A stretch of 32,000 nucleotides of DNA from Candidatus Saccharimonadota bacterium (GCF_902713755.1 NZ_LR744089.1); one strand, 5' to 3'; positions 1 through 12,511 are shown, numbered from the stretch's first letter. Made by a program: numbers and translations. Notes: a model not told the origin generated them from the sequence alone.

Positions 1-860
1 CTATTTGAAAAATTATAAATTTTATCTTCTATAGAAGGACAATAGCGCGGTCCTATACCTTGTATTTTACCAGTAAATATAGGTGATTTATATATATTAT
101 TTATCACAATATCATGTGTATATTCATTTGTATATGTAATAAAACAATTTACTTGTTTTATTTTTTTTTTTTCTATATAAAAAAAAGACATATTAGGAAT
201 AGGAATAATCCCTGTTTGTTTTTCTAATTTACAAATATTAATACTTTTAGCATCAATTCTAGGTGGCGTACCTGTTTTTAATCTAGAAATTTTAAATGGT
301 AATTCTTTTATTTTTTGTGCTAATATATTTGAATTATTATCATTTATTCTACCACCTATAAATTTATTTAATCCTATATAAATTTTTCCTCCTAAAAAAG
401 TACCATTACATAATATTACTTTTTTACTATAAAAGCATATACCTTCCGAAGTTATAATACCTTTAACTTTATTGTTTTTAATAATTAAATCTATAACTGT
501 TTGTTGTATTACTTTTAAATTTTTTTGCTTTTGGATTACTTTTTTAATAAATATTTTATATAAATTACGATCAATTTGAATTCTTGTGGATCTTACAGCA
601 GGTCCTTTACTATTATTTAATATCCGACACTGTATTCCTGAATAATCTGTTGCTAATGCCATTATACCCCCTAATGCATCTATTTCTTTTACTATTTGAC
701 TTTTTCCTATACCCCCTATTGATGGATTACAAGAAAAATTACCTATTGTTTCAACATTATCAGTTAGAAGTAAAGTTTTAACACCTATTTTGGATGCTGC
801 TAAACTAGCCTCAATTCCTGCATGTCCACCTCCAACTACTATTATTTCATAAATATTCAT
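1..860 (-). CDS. mnmG: tRNA uridine 5-carboxymethylaminomethyl modification enzyme MnmG (GidA), N-terminal part; the gene runs off the window edge
   Basis: The minus-strand frame is open from base 1 to the ATG at 858-860. My translation starts MNIYEIIVVGGGHAGIEASLAASKIGVKTLLLT, the FAD-binding GGGHAG N-terminus typical of MnmG. It is absent from the ORF track because it is truncated by the window. Confidence 0.85.
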   Translation of the reverse strand, partial: MNIYEIIVVGGGHAGIEASLAASKIGVKTLLLTDNVETIGNFSCNPSIGGIGKSQIVKEIDALGGIMALATDYSGIQCRILNNSKGPAVRSTRIQIDRNLYKIFIKKVIQKQKNLKVIQQTVIDLIIKNNKVKGIITSEGICFYSKKVILCNGTFLGGKIYIGLNKFIGGRINDNNSNILAQKIKELPFKISRLKTGTPPRIDAKSINICKLEKQTGIIPIPNMSFFYIEKKKIKQVNCFITYTNEYTHDIVINNIYKSPIFTGKIQGIGPRYCPSIEDKIYNFSN

Positions 861-864
861 ACAA

Positions 865-2214
865 TTATTTACCTATACAAAACTTTTTAAAAATTTTTTT
901 TAAAATATTTTTTTTTATATTATATCCAATAATTTCTTCTAAATATTTTTGTATAATATATAAATTTTCAGATAACCTTTCATTACAATCATTACAATTA
1001 TTATTTATATAATAATTAATAATTTTTTCTAAATAATAAAATTGCCGGTTTTTTAAACAAAATAAATTTTCATCTTTTATTTTAGTTTGTTTTAAAATTT
1101 TTTTTTTTATATTTTGTTTTAATTTTTTTATTCCTTGTTTTGTTTTTGTTGAAATATTAATAATATTTTTATCTTGTTTTCTTTCTTTATTTTTTATTAA
1201 ATCTATTTTATTTCTTATAATAAGAACATTTTTTTTTAAATATGTTTTAAAAATATCTATATTATTTTCTTTATTATCTAATAAGATTAAAATTAAATCT
1301 GCTGTTTTTATTTCTTCAATTGCACGTTTTATTCCTATTTTTTCTATTACATTTATATTTTTTTCATCTTGTCTTATTCCAGCTGTATCAATAATACATA
1401 TGGGTATTCCATATAAAAATATATTTACTTTTAATAAATCTCTTGTTGTACCTTTAATATTTGTAATTATTGCATGATCATTTTCCGTTAAAATATTAAA
1501 TAAACTTGATTTACCTACATTAGGTTTACCTGTTATTACTATTTTTATAGTATTATTAATTAAATATCCTTTACATGATTTATTTTTTAATAAAATTAAT
1601 AAATAAAATAATTTTTTTATTTTATTTAATATATTTTTTTTGTTTAATTTTTTTTTTATTATTATTTCTTCTTTAAACTCATTTGGAAAATTTATCATTG
1701 CTTCTATATTTATACGTAAAATTATTATTTCTTTAATTATTTTTTTTATATTATTAGAAAAAATACCTTCAAACGAATTGATAGCTGTTTTTAATGTTAA
1801 TTTAGAATTTGCTTTTATTATATCAATTAAAGACTCAGCTTGTATTAAATCTATTTTATTATTAAAAAACGCTCTTTCTGTAAATTCTCCTGGTTTTGCT
1901 AATCTAGCACCTAATTTTATTATATATTGTAATAATATATCTAATATTATTTGTCCACCATGACTTTGTATTTCAAGTATATTTTCTCCTGTAAAAGAAT
2001 TAGGAGATTTAAAAAATATAGCTATACCTTTATCAATTATTTTTTTATTTATATCTAAAAAAGGTACATAATACGCATATCTAGATTTAGGTATAAAACC
2101 TAATAATTGTTTTGAAATTCTATTTAATTTATCATTTCCTGATATTCTAATAATACCAATACTAGAATATCCATATAATGTGGCTTTAGCACAAATAATA
2201 TCATTTTTCTTCAT
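865..2214 (-). CDS. mnmE: tRNA modification GTPase MnmE (TrmE)
   Basis: 449 aa. The N-terminus MKKNDIICAKAT..GIIRISG matches the conserved MnmE start. It has the G-domain P-loop GKPNVGKSSLFN, DTAGIR, and the C-terminal CIGK motif. Confidence 0.93.
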   Translation of the reverse strand: MKKNDIICAKATLYGYSSIGIIRISGNDKLNRISKQLLGFIPKSRYAYYVPFLDINKKIIDKGIAIFFKSPNSFTGENILEIQSHGGQIILDILLQYIIKLGARLAKPGEFTERAFFNNKIDLIQAESLIDIIKANSKLTLKTAINSFEGIFSNNIKKIIKEIIILRINIEAMINFPNEFKEEIIIKKKLNKKNILNKIKKLFYLLILLKNKSCKGYLINNTIKIVITGKPNVGKSSLFNILTENDHAIITNIKGTTRDLLKVNIFLYGIPICIIDTAGIRQDEKNINVIEKIGIKRAIEEIKTADLILILLDNKENNIDIFKTYLKKNVLIIRNKIDLIKNKERKQDKNIINISTKTKQGIKKLKQNIKKKILKQTKIKDENLFCLKNRQFYYLEKIINYYINNNCNDCNERLSENLYIIQKYLEEIIGYNIKKNILKKIFKKFCIGK

Positions 2215-2225
2215 AATTTTTTATA
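2193..2225 (-). repeat. 33-nt exact dispersed repeat at the yidC/mnmE junction (partner at about 8784-8817)
   Basis: The plus strand reads aaataatatcatttttcttcataattttttata. It contains the yidC stop and the mnmE start. Confidence 0.8.
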
Positions 2226-2839
2226 ATTAAATATTGTTGTATTATTGATATAACATTATTAGTTATCCAATAAATTAATAAACAAGAAGGAAACCATAAA
2301 AAAAACAAAGTAAATAATATAGGTAATATTTTTATTATGTTAGTTTTTTTATTTTCTTTATTATTTATCTTTTGTTGAATTAATATAGACAAACCCATTG
2401 TTATAGGTAAAATAAAATATGGATCCATTAAAGATAAATCTTTTATCCATAAAATAAATGGAGAATTTTTTAATTCTATTGATTTAGTTAAAGTCCAATA
2501 TAATGAAAGAAAAATAGGTGTTTGTATAATTATGGGTAAACAACTATTAAATGGATTTATTTTTTCTTTTGTATATATTTTTATTAGTTCTTTGGTTAGT
2601 TTTTTTTTATCTTTTTTATATTTGTTTTCTATATTATTTAATATAGGTTTTATTTTACGTATTTTAATTATTGTTTTATATGATATATATGATAACGGTA
2701 ATAATATAAACTTTATTAATATTGTTAATATTATTATTGAACAACCCCAATTGATAATAACCAAATTAATTTTACAAAGTATCCAATATATCGGTGAAGA
2801 TATAAACCAAAAACTACCATAATGTATAATTGTTTCCAA
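2201..2839 (-). CDS. yidC: membrane protein insertase YidC, core-only form (212 aa)
   Basis: It aligns by eye to the C-terminal ~215 residues of E. coli YidC (FWFIS.P...NWG.SII..T...PL...NP...C.P...Q.PIF..LY...FLWFPS.L..YW). It overlaps the mnmE start by 14 nt. Confidence 0.88.
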   Translation of the reverse strand: METIIHYGSFWFISSPIYWILCKINLVIINWGCSIIILTILIKFILLPLSYISYKTIIKIRKIKPILNNIENKYKKDKKKLTKELIKIYTKEKINPFNSCLPIIIQTPIFLSLYWTLTKSIELKNSPFILWIKDLSLMDPYFILPITMGLSILIQQKINNKENKKTNIIKILPILFTLFFLWFPSCLLIYWITNNVISIIQQYLIIKNYEEK

Positions 2840-2862
2840 AATTTTTCTTTTATTTTGTTTTA

Positions 2863-3195
2863 TTAAAAATTAATTATTTTTATTAATAATTTATTTAATA
2901 ATATATAAATTATTTTTTTAAATATATATTTTTTTATATACAATATAATATATACATTAATCAAATTATATTGAAATACTCTTATATATTCTTTAAATAA
3001 TCTTTTTAATAAATTACGATTAACTGATTTATTATTATTAACCTTGTTTTTTATATAATACATATATATAAAATATTTTTTATTATTTTGAAGAAATCCA
3101 ATACAAATAAAATTTTTATTAATTAACTTAAAATTATAAATATTGTTTATTTTGTTGTGTATAGTTTTTAATTTTTTTTGTATTTTATATTTCAT
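2863..3195 (-). CDS. rnpA: ribonuclease P protein component
   Basis: 110 aa and very basic, with a degenerate RNR-type motif SVNRNLLKRLFKE. It sits in the conserved position between rpmH and yidC. Confidence 0.75.
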   Translation of the reverse strand: MKYKIQKKLKTIHNKINNIYNFKLINKNFICIGFLQNNKKYFIYMYYIKNKVNNNKSVNRNLLKRLFKEYIRVFQYNLINVYIILYIKKYIFKKIIYILLNKLLIKIINF

Positions 3196-3329
3196 TATTT
3201 ACAAATAATATTACGTTTTTTTTTTCTACGATTGTAAAGAATTTTTATTCCATTTTTATTAGACATACGTTTTCTAAAACCATTAACACGTTTTAATTTA
3301 ATTTTACTAGGTTGAAAAGTCCGTTTCAT
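3195..3329 (-). CDS. rpmH: 50S ribosomal protein L34
   Basis: Not in the ORF track because it is under 60 aa. My translation from the ATG (complement of 3327-3329) is [44 protein letters not shown], a classic L34 signature (MKRTFQPS...GFR.RM). Its TAA shares one base with the rnpA ATG. An AAGGAG sequence lies about 11 nt upstream. Confidence 0.9.
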   Translation of the reverse strand: MKRTFQPSKIKLKRVNGFRKRMSNKNGIKILYNRRKKKRNIICK

Positions 3330-3385
3330 TAATATATAATCTCCTTTAATATATATAATATAATTTAATTTATTAAATTCATATA
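3330..3385. promoter_or_regulatory. 56-bp divergent intergenic spacer between rpmH and dnaN; presumed bidirectional promoter region
   Basis: This is the only non-coding DNA between two divergent transcription units. It contains the rpmH Shine-Dalgarno sequence (complement of ctcctt at 3341-3346). No -35/-10 call is reliable at this AT content. Confidence 0.3.
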
Positions 3386-6807
<3,422 letters not shown>

Positions 6808-6815
6808 ACAGATTT

Positions 6816-6889
6816 AGGCCTATAGCTCAATAGGTTAGAGCAGAGGACTCATAATCCTTTGGTTGTAGGTTCGAGTCCTACTAGGCCTA
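6816..6889 (+). tRNA. tRNA with anticodon CAU; elongator type, probably tRNA-Ile2 (lysidine-dependent), alternatively elongator tRNA-Met
   Basis: A hand-folded cloverleaf of 74 nt. The acceptor is AGGCCTA/TAGGCCT and the D arm is GCTC-AATAGGTTA-GAGC. The anticodon arm is GAGGA-CTCATAA-TCCTT and the T arm is GTAGG-TTCGAGT-CCTAC. The discriminator is A and no CCA is encoded. It is not an initiator: the 1:72 bases pair and there is no GGG/CCC anticodon stem. The A1, C4 and C5 acceptor pattern resembles E. coli tRNA-Ile2. Confidence 0.85.
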
Positions 6890-8795
6890 TAAAATCAGCT
6901 AATTTTATAAAAATATTATTTATATATAATAATATTAAAACATTATTTTTAGATACATTTAGATTTTTTTGAAAAATTTGTATATTTTTTATATACATGT
7001 TTATTTTATTATATAAAGTATTAAATACATAAAAAACATCTTTGTAATTACAATTACCTTTTTCTATTAATTTATTATAATTTTGTATAAAAAAAACTAT
7101 TGAATTAAATAAATTATATTCTAGATTTTTTTTAAAATATCTAATATTAACTTGATGTATGATAACTAAATTATGGTTATATAATTTTTTATATTGTTTT
7201 ATAAAATTAATTATTCTTTTATTTATTTCTATTATTTTAGATATAAAAATATTATTACTTAATAAATAATTCATTATATAACTACGTCTAAATAAATCAT
7301 AAGGACAAAAACTTGTAGTTTGTATAGAACAATATATTTTTTTATTTATATGTAATTTGTATATTAAAAGTATTATTTTTTCTAATATAAATAATAAAAC
7401 GTCATTTATGTTTAACATCTTATTATACTGATAAACAGAATAATTTATTAATAATAATAAATCTAAATTAGATTCATTAAAAATAATAATTTTTAATATT
7501 ATATAAGCTAATCTTCTTGTAAATAAGATATCATTACTATTAATGGGTTTATAACCTATATAAAAAAAACCTAGTAAATCATCTATTTTATTTGATAACG
7601 ATAAAGATATTCCTTCTTTTGTAAAAGGTAAAATATTAATATATTGATTTGGCAAATATTGTTGATAGATTGTTTTATATATTTCCTTTTTTTCTTTATT
7701 TATAAAAGAATAATAAGATCCAATAAATCCTTTAAATAAATTAAACTCTTTAACAAAATATGTAATAAAATCACATTTTGATAAATATCCAGCCCTAATA
7801 GCAATGTTAATATTTCCACCTATATATATAATGTATTTTTTTATATTGTTTATAATTCGACGAGTTTTATCAGCTAAAGTACCTAATTTATATTGAAATA
7901 TTACTAATTCTAAATCTTTAAAACGTTCATATAATTTTCTTTTTAAATCATATAGTACCAAAAATAAAATATCATTAAAAAAATTATTAATATTCATTTC
8001 ATTTAATAATATTAATTTTTGTTTATTTAAAGTATTTACATTAACAATAACAATATATTTATTTGTTATAATTTTTTTTTGATTAAATAAATGAAAACTT
8101 TTTTGTTTATATTTAATAATAAATATTATTATTTCCTTAGGTATTTTTTTAAATATTTTATTAAATTTTATAACAATCGCTATTGGCCATTCTACTAAAT
8201 TAGTAATATTTATTAATATATTTTCATCTATATTTACTAATAAATTATGTTTATTAGTAATATATAAAATCATATTACGAATAATTTCAATTCTATAATT
8301 AAAATTAACAATTACATATCCAGGATATTTTAATTTAAATAAATATTCATTACTATTATTTATTTTTATATATTTATTATAATGTATAATATGACCATAA
8401 GATTTTCTATTTGAAATTACATTAAATAACTTGATTTTTATTATTTTATTATTAAATAATAAGATAAACCAATTTATAGGACGTATAAATTTATACGTAT
8501 TTTTCCCCCATCTCATTTTTTTTAATCCTGAAATCTTTGTTAAAAATATTTTAATAGCAATTTGAAGTATATTTTTTATATACTTAATTATATTATAAAT
8601 ATATAATTCGTTTTTATATTTTATATTGTTAATTTGTATAGCGACACGTCTAGCTGTTGTAAAAATATTAATTGTTTTAAAATAAAAATTTTCTTTATTA
8701 AAGTTTTGTGTTAAAATTTTTATAAAATTATTGATAATAATTTCATTAGATTTTATAGGTAAATTTTCAAAACCAATTTCAATAAATAATATCAT
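6849..8795 (-). CDS. glyS: glycine--tRNA ligase beta subunit
   Basis: 648 aa. It has the N-terminal LFIEIG.E.LP, ARR.A, MRWG....F.RP and LGTLADKTRRI blocks of GlyS. Its ATG overlaps the glyQ TGA (ATGA). The 3' end runs into the antisense tRNA gene. Confidence 0.9.
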   Translation of the reverse strand: MILFIEIGFENLPIKSNEIIINNFIKILTQNFNKENFYFKTINIFTTARRVAIQINNIKYKNELYIYNIIKYIKNILQIAIKIFLTKISGLKKMRWGKNTYKFIRPINWFILLFNNKIIKIKLFNVISNRKSYGHIIHYNKYIKINNSNEYLFKLKYPGYVIVNFNYRIEIIRNMILYITNKHNLLVNIDENILINITNLVEWPIAIVIKFNKIFKKIPKEIIIFIIKYKQKSFHLFNQKKIITNKYIVIVNVNTLNKQKLILLNEMNINNFFNDILFLVLYDLKRKLYERFKDLELVIFQYKLGTLADKTRRIINNIKKYIIYIGGNINIAIRAGYLSKCDFITYFVKEFNLFKGFIGSYYSFINKEKKEIYKTIYQQYLPNQYINILPFTKEGISLSLSNKIDDLLGFFYIGYKPINSNDILFTRRLAYIILKIIIFNESNLDLLLLINYSVYQYNKMLNINDVLLFILEKIILLIYKLHINKKIYCSIQTTSFCPYDLFRRSYIMNYLLSNNIFISKIIEINKRIINFIKQYKKLYNHNLVIIHQVNIRYFKKNLEYNLFNSIVFFIQNYNKLIEKGNCNYKDVFYVFNTLYNKINMYIKNIQIFQKNLNVSKNNVLILLYINNIFIKLADFIGLVGLEPTTKGL

Positions 8796-8817
8796 TTTTC
8801 TTCATAATTTTTTATAT
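8784..8817 (-). repeat. 33-nt exact dispersed repeat at the glyQ/glyS junction (partner at 2193-2225)
   Basis: The same 33-mer. It contains the glyQ stop and the glyS start. My count differs from the ORF-track registration by 1 nt, so the span is given with 1 nt of slack. Confidence 0.8.
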
Positions 8818-9661
8818 AGTTTTTTGCAATTTCACAAGCCATAGATCTTACGCGATATATATATATTTTTTTTTCTAAAAAATCTAAAAATTTACAAGAA
8901 TCTAATAAATTTAAAATATGTGATGATTTTAATAATTTTTCATAAGCAGGTATTATTAAATTATTTTGTAATAAATGAAAACACGAAGTTTCATATTTCA
9001 AAAAAATTTTTAATAAATTTTTTTTATCTAAATAATTAAAATTATAAGTTGATTGTTCTTTTTCATTTTGTAAAAAAATATCACCATAAGTAATATCATT
9101 ATTCCATTTAATATCATATATATTATCAATATTTTGTAAATGCATCGCTATTCTTTCGATTCCATAAGTAATTTCTCCTGTTATAGGATAACAATCTATA
9201 CCTCCTATTTGTTGAAAATATGTAATTTGTGTAATTTCTATATTATTTAACCATACTTCCCAACCTAAACCCCATGCACCTAAACTAGGAGATTCCCAGT
9301 TATCTTCTATAAATTTAATATCATTTATTTTTAAATTTATACCTAAATATTGTAATGAATCTAAATAAATTTGTTGAAAATTTTTTGGTGAAGGTTTAAA
9401 AATTACTTGAAATTGATAATAATGTTGTAATCTATTGGTTTTATTTCCATATCTACCATCTTTAGGCCTTCTACAAGATTGTATATAACATGTTTTAACA
9501 ATTTCTTTTTTTTTATTTATAGAATTAAAAAAAGTAAAAGGATGAAATGTAGCAGCGCCTATTTCTATATCTAAAGGTTGTAAAATTATACAACCAAATT
9601 TTGACCAAAATTTTTTTAAAATTAATATTAATTTTTCAATAGTATTAATATTTATTTTCAT
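8792..9661 (-). CDS. glyQ: glycine--tRNA ligase alpha subunit
   Basis: 289 aa with strong GlyQ identity (FW...GC...QP.D.E.GA.TFHP.TF; RRP.DGRYG.N.NRLQHYYQFQV..KPSP; GAWGLGWEVWLNG-like; ITYGLERIAM-like). Confidence 0.95.
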   Translation of the reverse strand: MKININTIEKLILILKKFWSKFGCIILQPLDIEIGAATFHPFTFFNSINKKKEIVKTCYIQSCRRPKDGRYGNKTNRLQHYYQFQVIFKPSPKNFQQIYLDSLQYLGINLKINDIKFIEDNWESPSLGAWGLGWEVWLNNIEITQITYFQQIGGIDCYPITGEITYGIERIAMHLQNIDNIYDIKWNNDITYGDIFLQNEKEQSTYNFNYLDKKNLLKIFLKYETSCFHLLQNNLIIPAYEKLLKSSHILNLLDSCKFLDFLEKKIYIYRVRSMACEIAKNYIKNYEEK

Positions 9662-9753
9662 TATAATTGTTTGTTATAGATGTTTTATATACTATTATAA
9701 TTGAATCATTTTTTTATAATAAAATCAATATTTAAGCGGTAAAATCTATTAAT

Positions 9754-11286
9754 ATGAAAAAATATATATTAGAAAATTATGTAAAAAAAATACTTAAATC
9801 AACAGTATATGAAATTGCTAAAGTAACACCTTTATCATTTACACCTTTACTTTCTAAATTTTTAAAAAATAATATTTTTATAAAACGTGAAGATTTACAA
9901 CAAATATTTTCTTTTAAAATTAGAGGTGCTTATAATTGCATGAGAAATTTAGTAAAAAACAAAAAAATTCAATGTGTAATTACAGCTTCGGCTGGTAACC
10001 ACGCACAAGGAGTTGCTTTAGCTGCTAAAAAATTAGGTATAAAATCAATTATTATTATGCCTAAAATTACACCTGAAATTAAAGTTTTATCTGTACAATC
10101 TATAGGTTCTGAAGTTGTAATAAAAGGTGATAATTTTAATTCATCTTTAAAATATGCATTAAATTTAGTTAAGAATTATGGTTATACTTATATACCTCCT
10201 TTTGATGATTCAGAAGTAATTGCAGGTCAAGGGACTTTAGCTATGGAAATTTTAAAACAATATAAAAATAAAATATATGCAATATTTGTTCCGGTTGGCG
10301 GTGGAGGTTTAATTGCAGGTATTACAGCATATATTAAATATTTACGTCCTAAAATAAAAATAATTGGTGTAGAACCAGAAGATTCTGCTTGTTTAAAAGA
10401 AGCAATCAAATATGGTTATCCAATTACATTAAATACTATAGATATGTTTGCTGAAGGAGTAGCAGTATCACGTATTGGAAACAAACCTTTTACATTACTA
10501 AAAAATATTATAGATGATATTATAACTGTTAATATAGATGAAATGTGTTGTGCTATAAAAGATATATTTGAAAATACAAGAGCTTTATCAGAAGTATCAG
10601 GAGCTTTATCTTTAGCTGGTTTAAAAAAATATATAATCAAACAAAACATTACAAATAAAAATTTAATTTGTATAAATACTGGAGCTAATATTAATTTTGA
10701 CAAATTACAATATATAGCACATAGAACTGCTTTAGGAGAAAACAAAGAATTAATATTAGCTATTAAAATACCTGAATCGATAGGAAGTTTAAAAGTTTTA
10801 TGTAATATAATTGGTAAAAATAAAATGTTTACTGAAGTAAATTATCGTTTTTTTAATAAAAAAAAAGCAAATATATTAATAGGTTTAAAAATAATTCCAG
10901 GAAAAGAAGATAAAAAAAATGTAATTAATAATATACGTAATGCTAATTTTTTAGTTAAAGATATGAGTTCTAATGAATTAATAAAATTACATATTCGTCA
11001 TTTAATTGGAGGAAAATCAAATAAAAAGAATTATAAAGAAGAATTATATTGTTTTGAATTTCCAGAAAAAACAGGAGCATTAATAAAATTTTTAAATAGT
11101 TTACCTGAAATTTTTAATATTTCTTTATTTCATTATATAAATTATGGTTATGCATATGGTCGTGTATTAATAGCAATACAATTATATAAAAATAACATCC
11201 AACAAGTAGAAAAGAATTTAGATAAATTAGGTTATAGATATTGGAAAGAAAGTAATAATATTGCTTATAAATTGTTTGTAAAATAA
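9754..11286 (+). CDS. ilvA: biosynthetic threonine dehydratase (threonine ammonia-lyase) with C-terminal regulatory domains
   Basis: 510 aa. It has the PLP site FSFKIRGAYN, SAGNHAQGVALAA, a GGGGL loop, and a roughly 180-aa C-terminal ACT-like region typical of IlvA. Confidence 0.92.
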   Translation: MKKYILENYVKKILKSTVYEIAKVTPLSFTPLLSKFLKNNIFIKREDLQQIFSFKIRGAYNCMRNLVKNKKIQCVITASAGNHAQGVALAAKKLGIKSIIIMPKITPEIKVLSVQSIGSEVVIKGDNFNSSLKYALNLVKNYGYTYIPPFDDSEVIAGQGTLAMEILKQYKNKIYAIFVPVGGGGLIAGITAYIKYLRPKIKIIGVEPEDSACLKEAIKYGYPITLNTIDMFAEGVAVSRIGNKPFTLLKNIIDDIITVNIDEMCCAIKDIFENTRALSEVSGALSLAGLKKYIIKQNITNKNLICINTGANINFDKLQYIAHRTALGENKELILAIKIPESIGSLKVLCNIIGKNKMFTEVNYRFFNKKKANILIGLKIIPGKEDKKNVINNIRNANFLVKDMSSNELIKLHIRHLIGGKSNKKNYKEELYCFEFPEKTGALIKFLNSLPEIFNISLFHYINYGYAYGRVLIAIQLYKNNIQQVEKNLDKLGYRYWKESNNIAYKLFVK

Positions 11287-11299
11287 AAATGGAGAAAAT

Positions 11300-12079
11300 T
11301 TGAAAAATTTTTGTATTGAAAAAATTTTAAATGTTTTTCATTGGAATCATAAATTATTTAGTTTTTATACAACCAAAAATAAAAAGTTACGTTGTAATAA
11401 TGGTCAATTTTTAATTATTGGTTTAAATATTAATAAATACTATAAGTTAATAATAAGAGCTTATTCAATAGTCACTCCTAATTATTCCAATCATATTGAA
11501 TTTTTTTCAATAACAATAGAAAAAGGCAAGTTTACATCATTATTAAAAAATATAAAAATTGGTGATTATATATTAATAAGTAAAAAATCTACTGGAACAT
11601 TAACACTTGATAATCTTAAAATTGGTAAAAGTTTATATCTTATAGCTACAGGAACAGGTTTAGCGCCATTTATAAGTTTAATCCAAGATCCAATTTTATA
11701 TAAACGTTTTAACAAAATTATTTTAATACATGGAGTAAGTTATATAAATGAATTATCATATAAACATTTTATTAATAAAAAAATTATTTATAATGAATAT
11801 ATTAATAATAAAATAAAAAACAAGTTAATTTATTATCCAACAATTACTCGTGAAAATTATATAACTAAAGGTAGAATAACTGAACTTATTATTCAAGGAA
11901 AATTATTTAAAGATTTAAATTTACCTTATATTAATTTTAATTATGATAAGTTAATGTTATGCGGTAATAAAAATATGTTAAAAGAAATCTCAGAATATTT
12001 AACAAAATTAGGATTTAAAAATTCCATAATAAATAATCAAAATGATTTTGTTATTGAATATTCTTTTATAAATAAATAA
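11300..12079 (+). CDS. fpr: ferredoxin/flavodoxin--NADP+ reductase
   Basis: 259 aa, collinear by eye with E. coli Fpr (W...LFSF; GQF..IGL; RAYS.V; ATGTGLAPF.S; CGN..M). It has a TTG start at 11300 with GGAG 5 nt upstream (11291-11294). Confidence 0.85.
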   Translation: MKNFCIEKILNVFHWNHKLFSFYTTKNKKLRCNNGQFLIIGLNINKYYKLIIRAYSIVTPNYSNHIEFFSITIEKGKFTSLLKNIKIGDYILISKKSTGTLTLDNLKIGKSLYLIATGTGLAPFISLIQDPILYKRFNKIILIHGVSYINELSYKHFINKKIIYNEYINNKIKNKLIYYPTITRENYITKGRITELIIQGKLFKDLNLPYINFNYDKLMLCGNKNMLKEISEYLTKLGFKNSIINNQNDFVIEYSFINK

Positions 12080-12155
12080 AAGTTTTATGCAGATGCTTTT
12101 GTAAATTATTCAAAATAATATTAATCAATCAATAAGAAACAAAAAAAACACAAAA
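12080..12155 (+). promoter_or_regulatory. 76-bp leader upstream of nuoA; presumed nuo operon promoter/5' UTR
   Basis: This is the largest same-strand intergenic gap before a 14.2-kb run of 13 tightly coupled nuo genes. No confident -35/-10 call can be made. Confidence 0.25.
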
Positions 12156-12497
12156 ATGAATAATTTATTTCTTTTTTTTATAATTACAATAATATTTATA
12201 TTAATAATAAGTATTATATCATATTTTTTAGGTGTTTATAGTTGGTCACCAAATAAAGAAATTCCTTTTGAATCAGGTATAATTTCTATTGATTCAATAA
12301 AAAAAATTAATTATTTTGCAAAATTTTATATTTTAGCAATATTATTTGTAATTTTTGATTTAGAAGTTATTTATTTATTTAGTTGGGCAATTGCAATTAG
12401 AGAAATAGGATGGCCAGGGTTCATAGGAATAGTAATATTTATATTTATATTATTAATCGGATTAATATATGATATATGTAATGATGTATTTGATTAA
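12156..12497 (+). CDS. nuoA: NADH-quinone oxidoreductase subunit A
   Basis: 113 aa with three TM segments and the FESG...FD.E motifs. It is the first gene of the nuo cluster. Confidence 0.88.
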   Translation: MNNLFLFFIITIIFILIISIISYFLGVYSWSPNKEIPFESGIISIDSIKKINYFAKFYILAILFVIFDLEVIYLFSWAIAIREIGWPGFIGIVIFIFILLIGLIYDICNDVFD

Positions 12498-12511
12498 AAT
12501 TGGAGACCAAT

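Noticed and set aside
585-593. A DnaA-box-like tgtggatct (7 of 9 matches to TGTGGATAA) inside mnmG, near where enterobacterial oriC flanks gidA.
   Set aside because: It is a single imperfect site within coding sequence, with no cluster, no AT-rich 13-mers beyond background, and no dnaA gene seen.
1640-1963. A 107-aa plus-strand ORF antisense to mnmE. Similar antisense or alternate-frame ORFs occur at 584-781, 2532-2822, 5793-6020, 10227-10409, 10416-10745, 13753-13947, 15422-15646, 17790-17972, 21018-21257, 23541-23729, 26516-26908 and 29557-29769.
   Set aside because: Each lies wholly inside a well-supported conserved gene. Their products are low-complexity F/I/L/N/K strings with no recognisable motifs. 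Open antisense frames are expected when the sense strand is dominated by AAA/AAT/ATT/TTT-type codons.
8760-8821. An apparent frameshift at the glyQ/glyS junction. Counting bases by hand gave one extra t near 8760/8761 and one t too few near 8820/8821, which would break both genes.
   Set aside because: The computed ORF track shows both genes intact, and both discrepancies cancel within one 60-nt line. I attribute this to my miscounting of T runs. Coordinates there carry an uncertainty of 1 nt.
8866-8876. (TA)n and (ATT)n short runs, for example at 4461-4472, 6141-6151, 8866-8876 and 23487-23500.
   Set aside because: They have only 4-7 units and are in frame within coding sequence. They are typical compositional by-products at this AT content, unlike the perfect 7-bp and 9-bp arrays reported above.
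12087-12104. A mini-ORF ATG CAG ATG CTT TTG TAA (MQMLL) and a weak aaaag/ctttt stem in the nuo leader. This could be a leader peptide, an attenuator, or the fpr terminator.
   Set aside because: It is five codons long with no Shine-Dalgarno sequence. The stem is only 5 bp with a 13-nt loop and no T tract, so it is indistinguishable from noise in AT-rich DNA.
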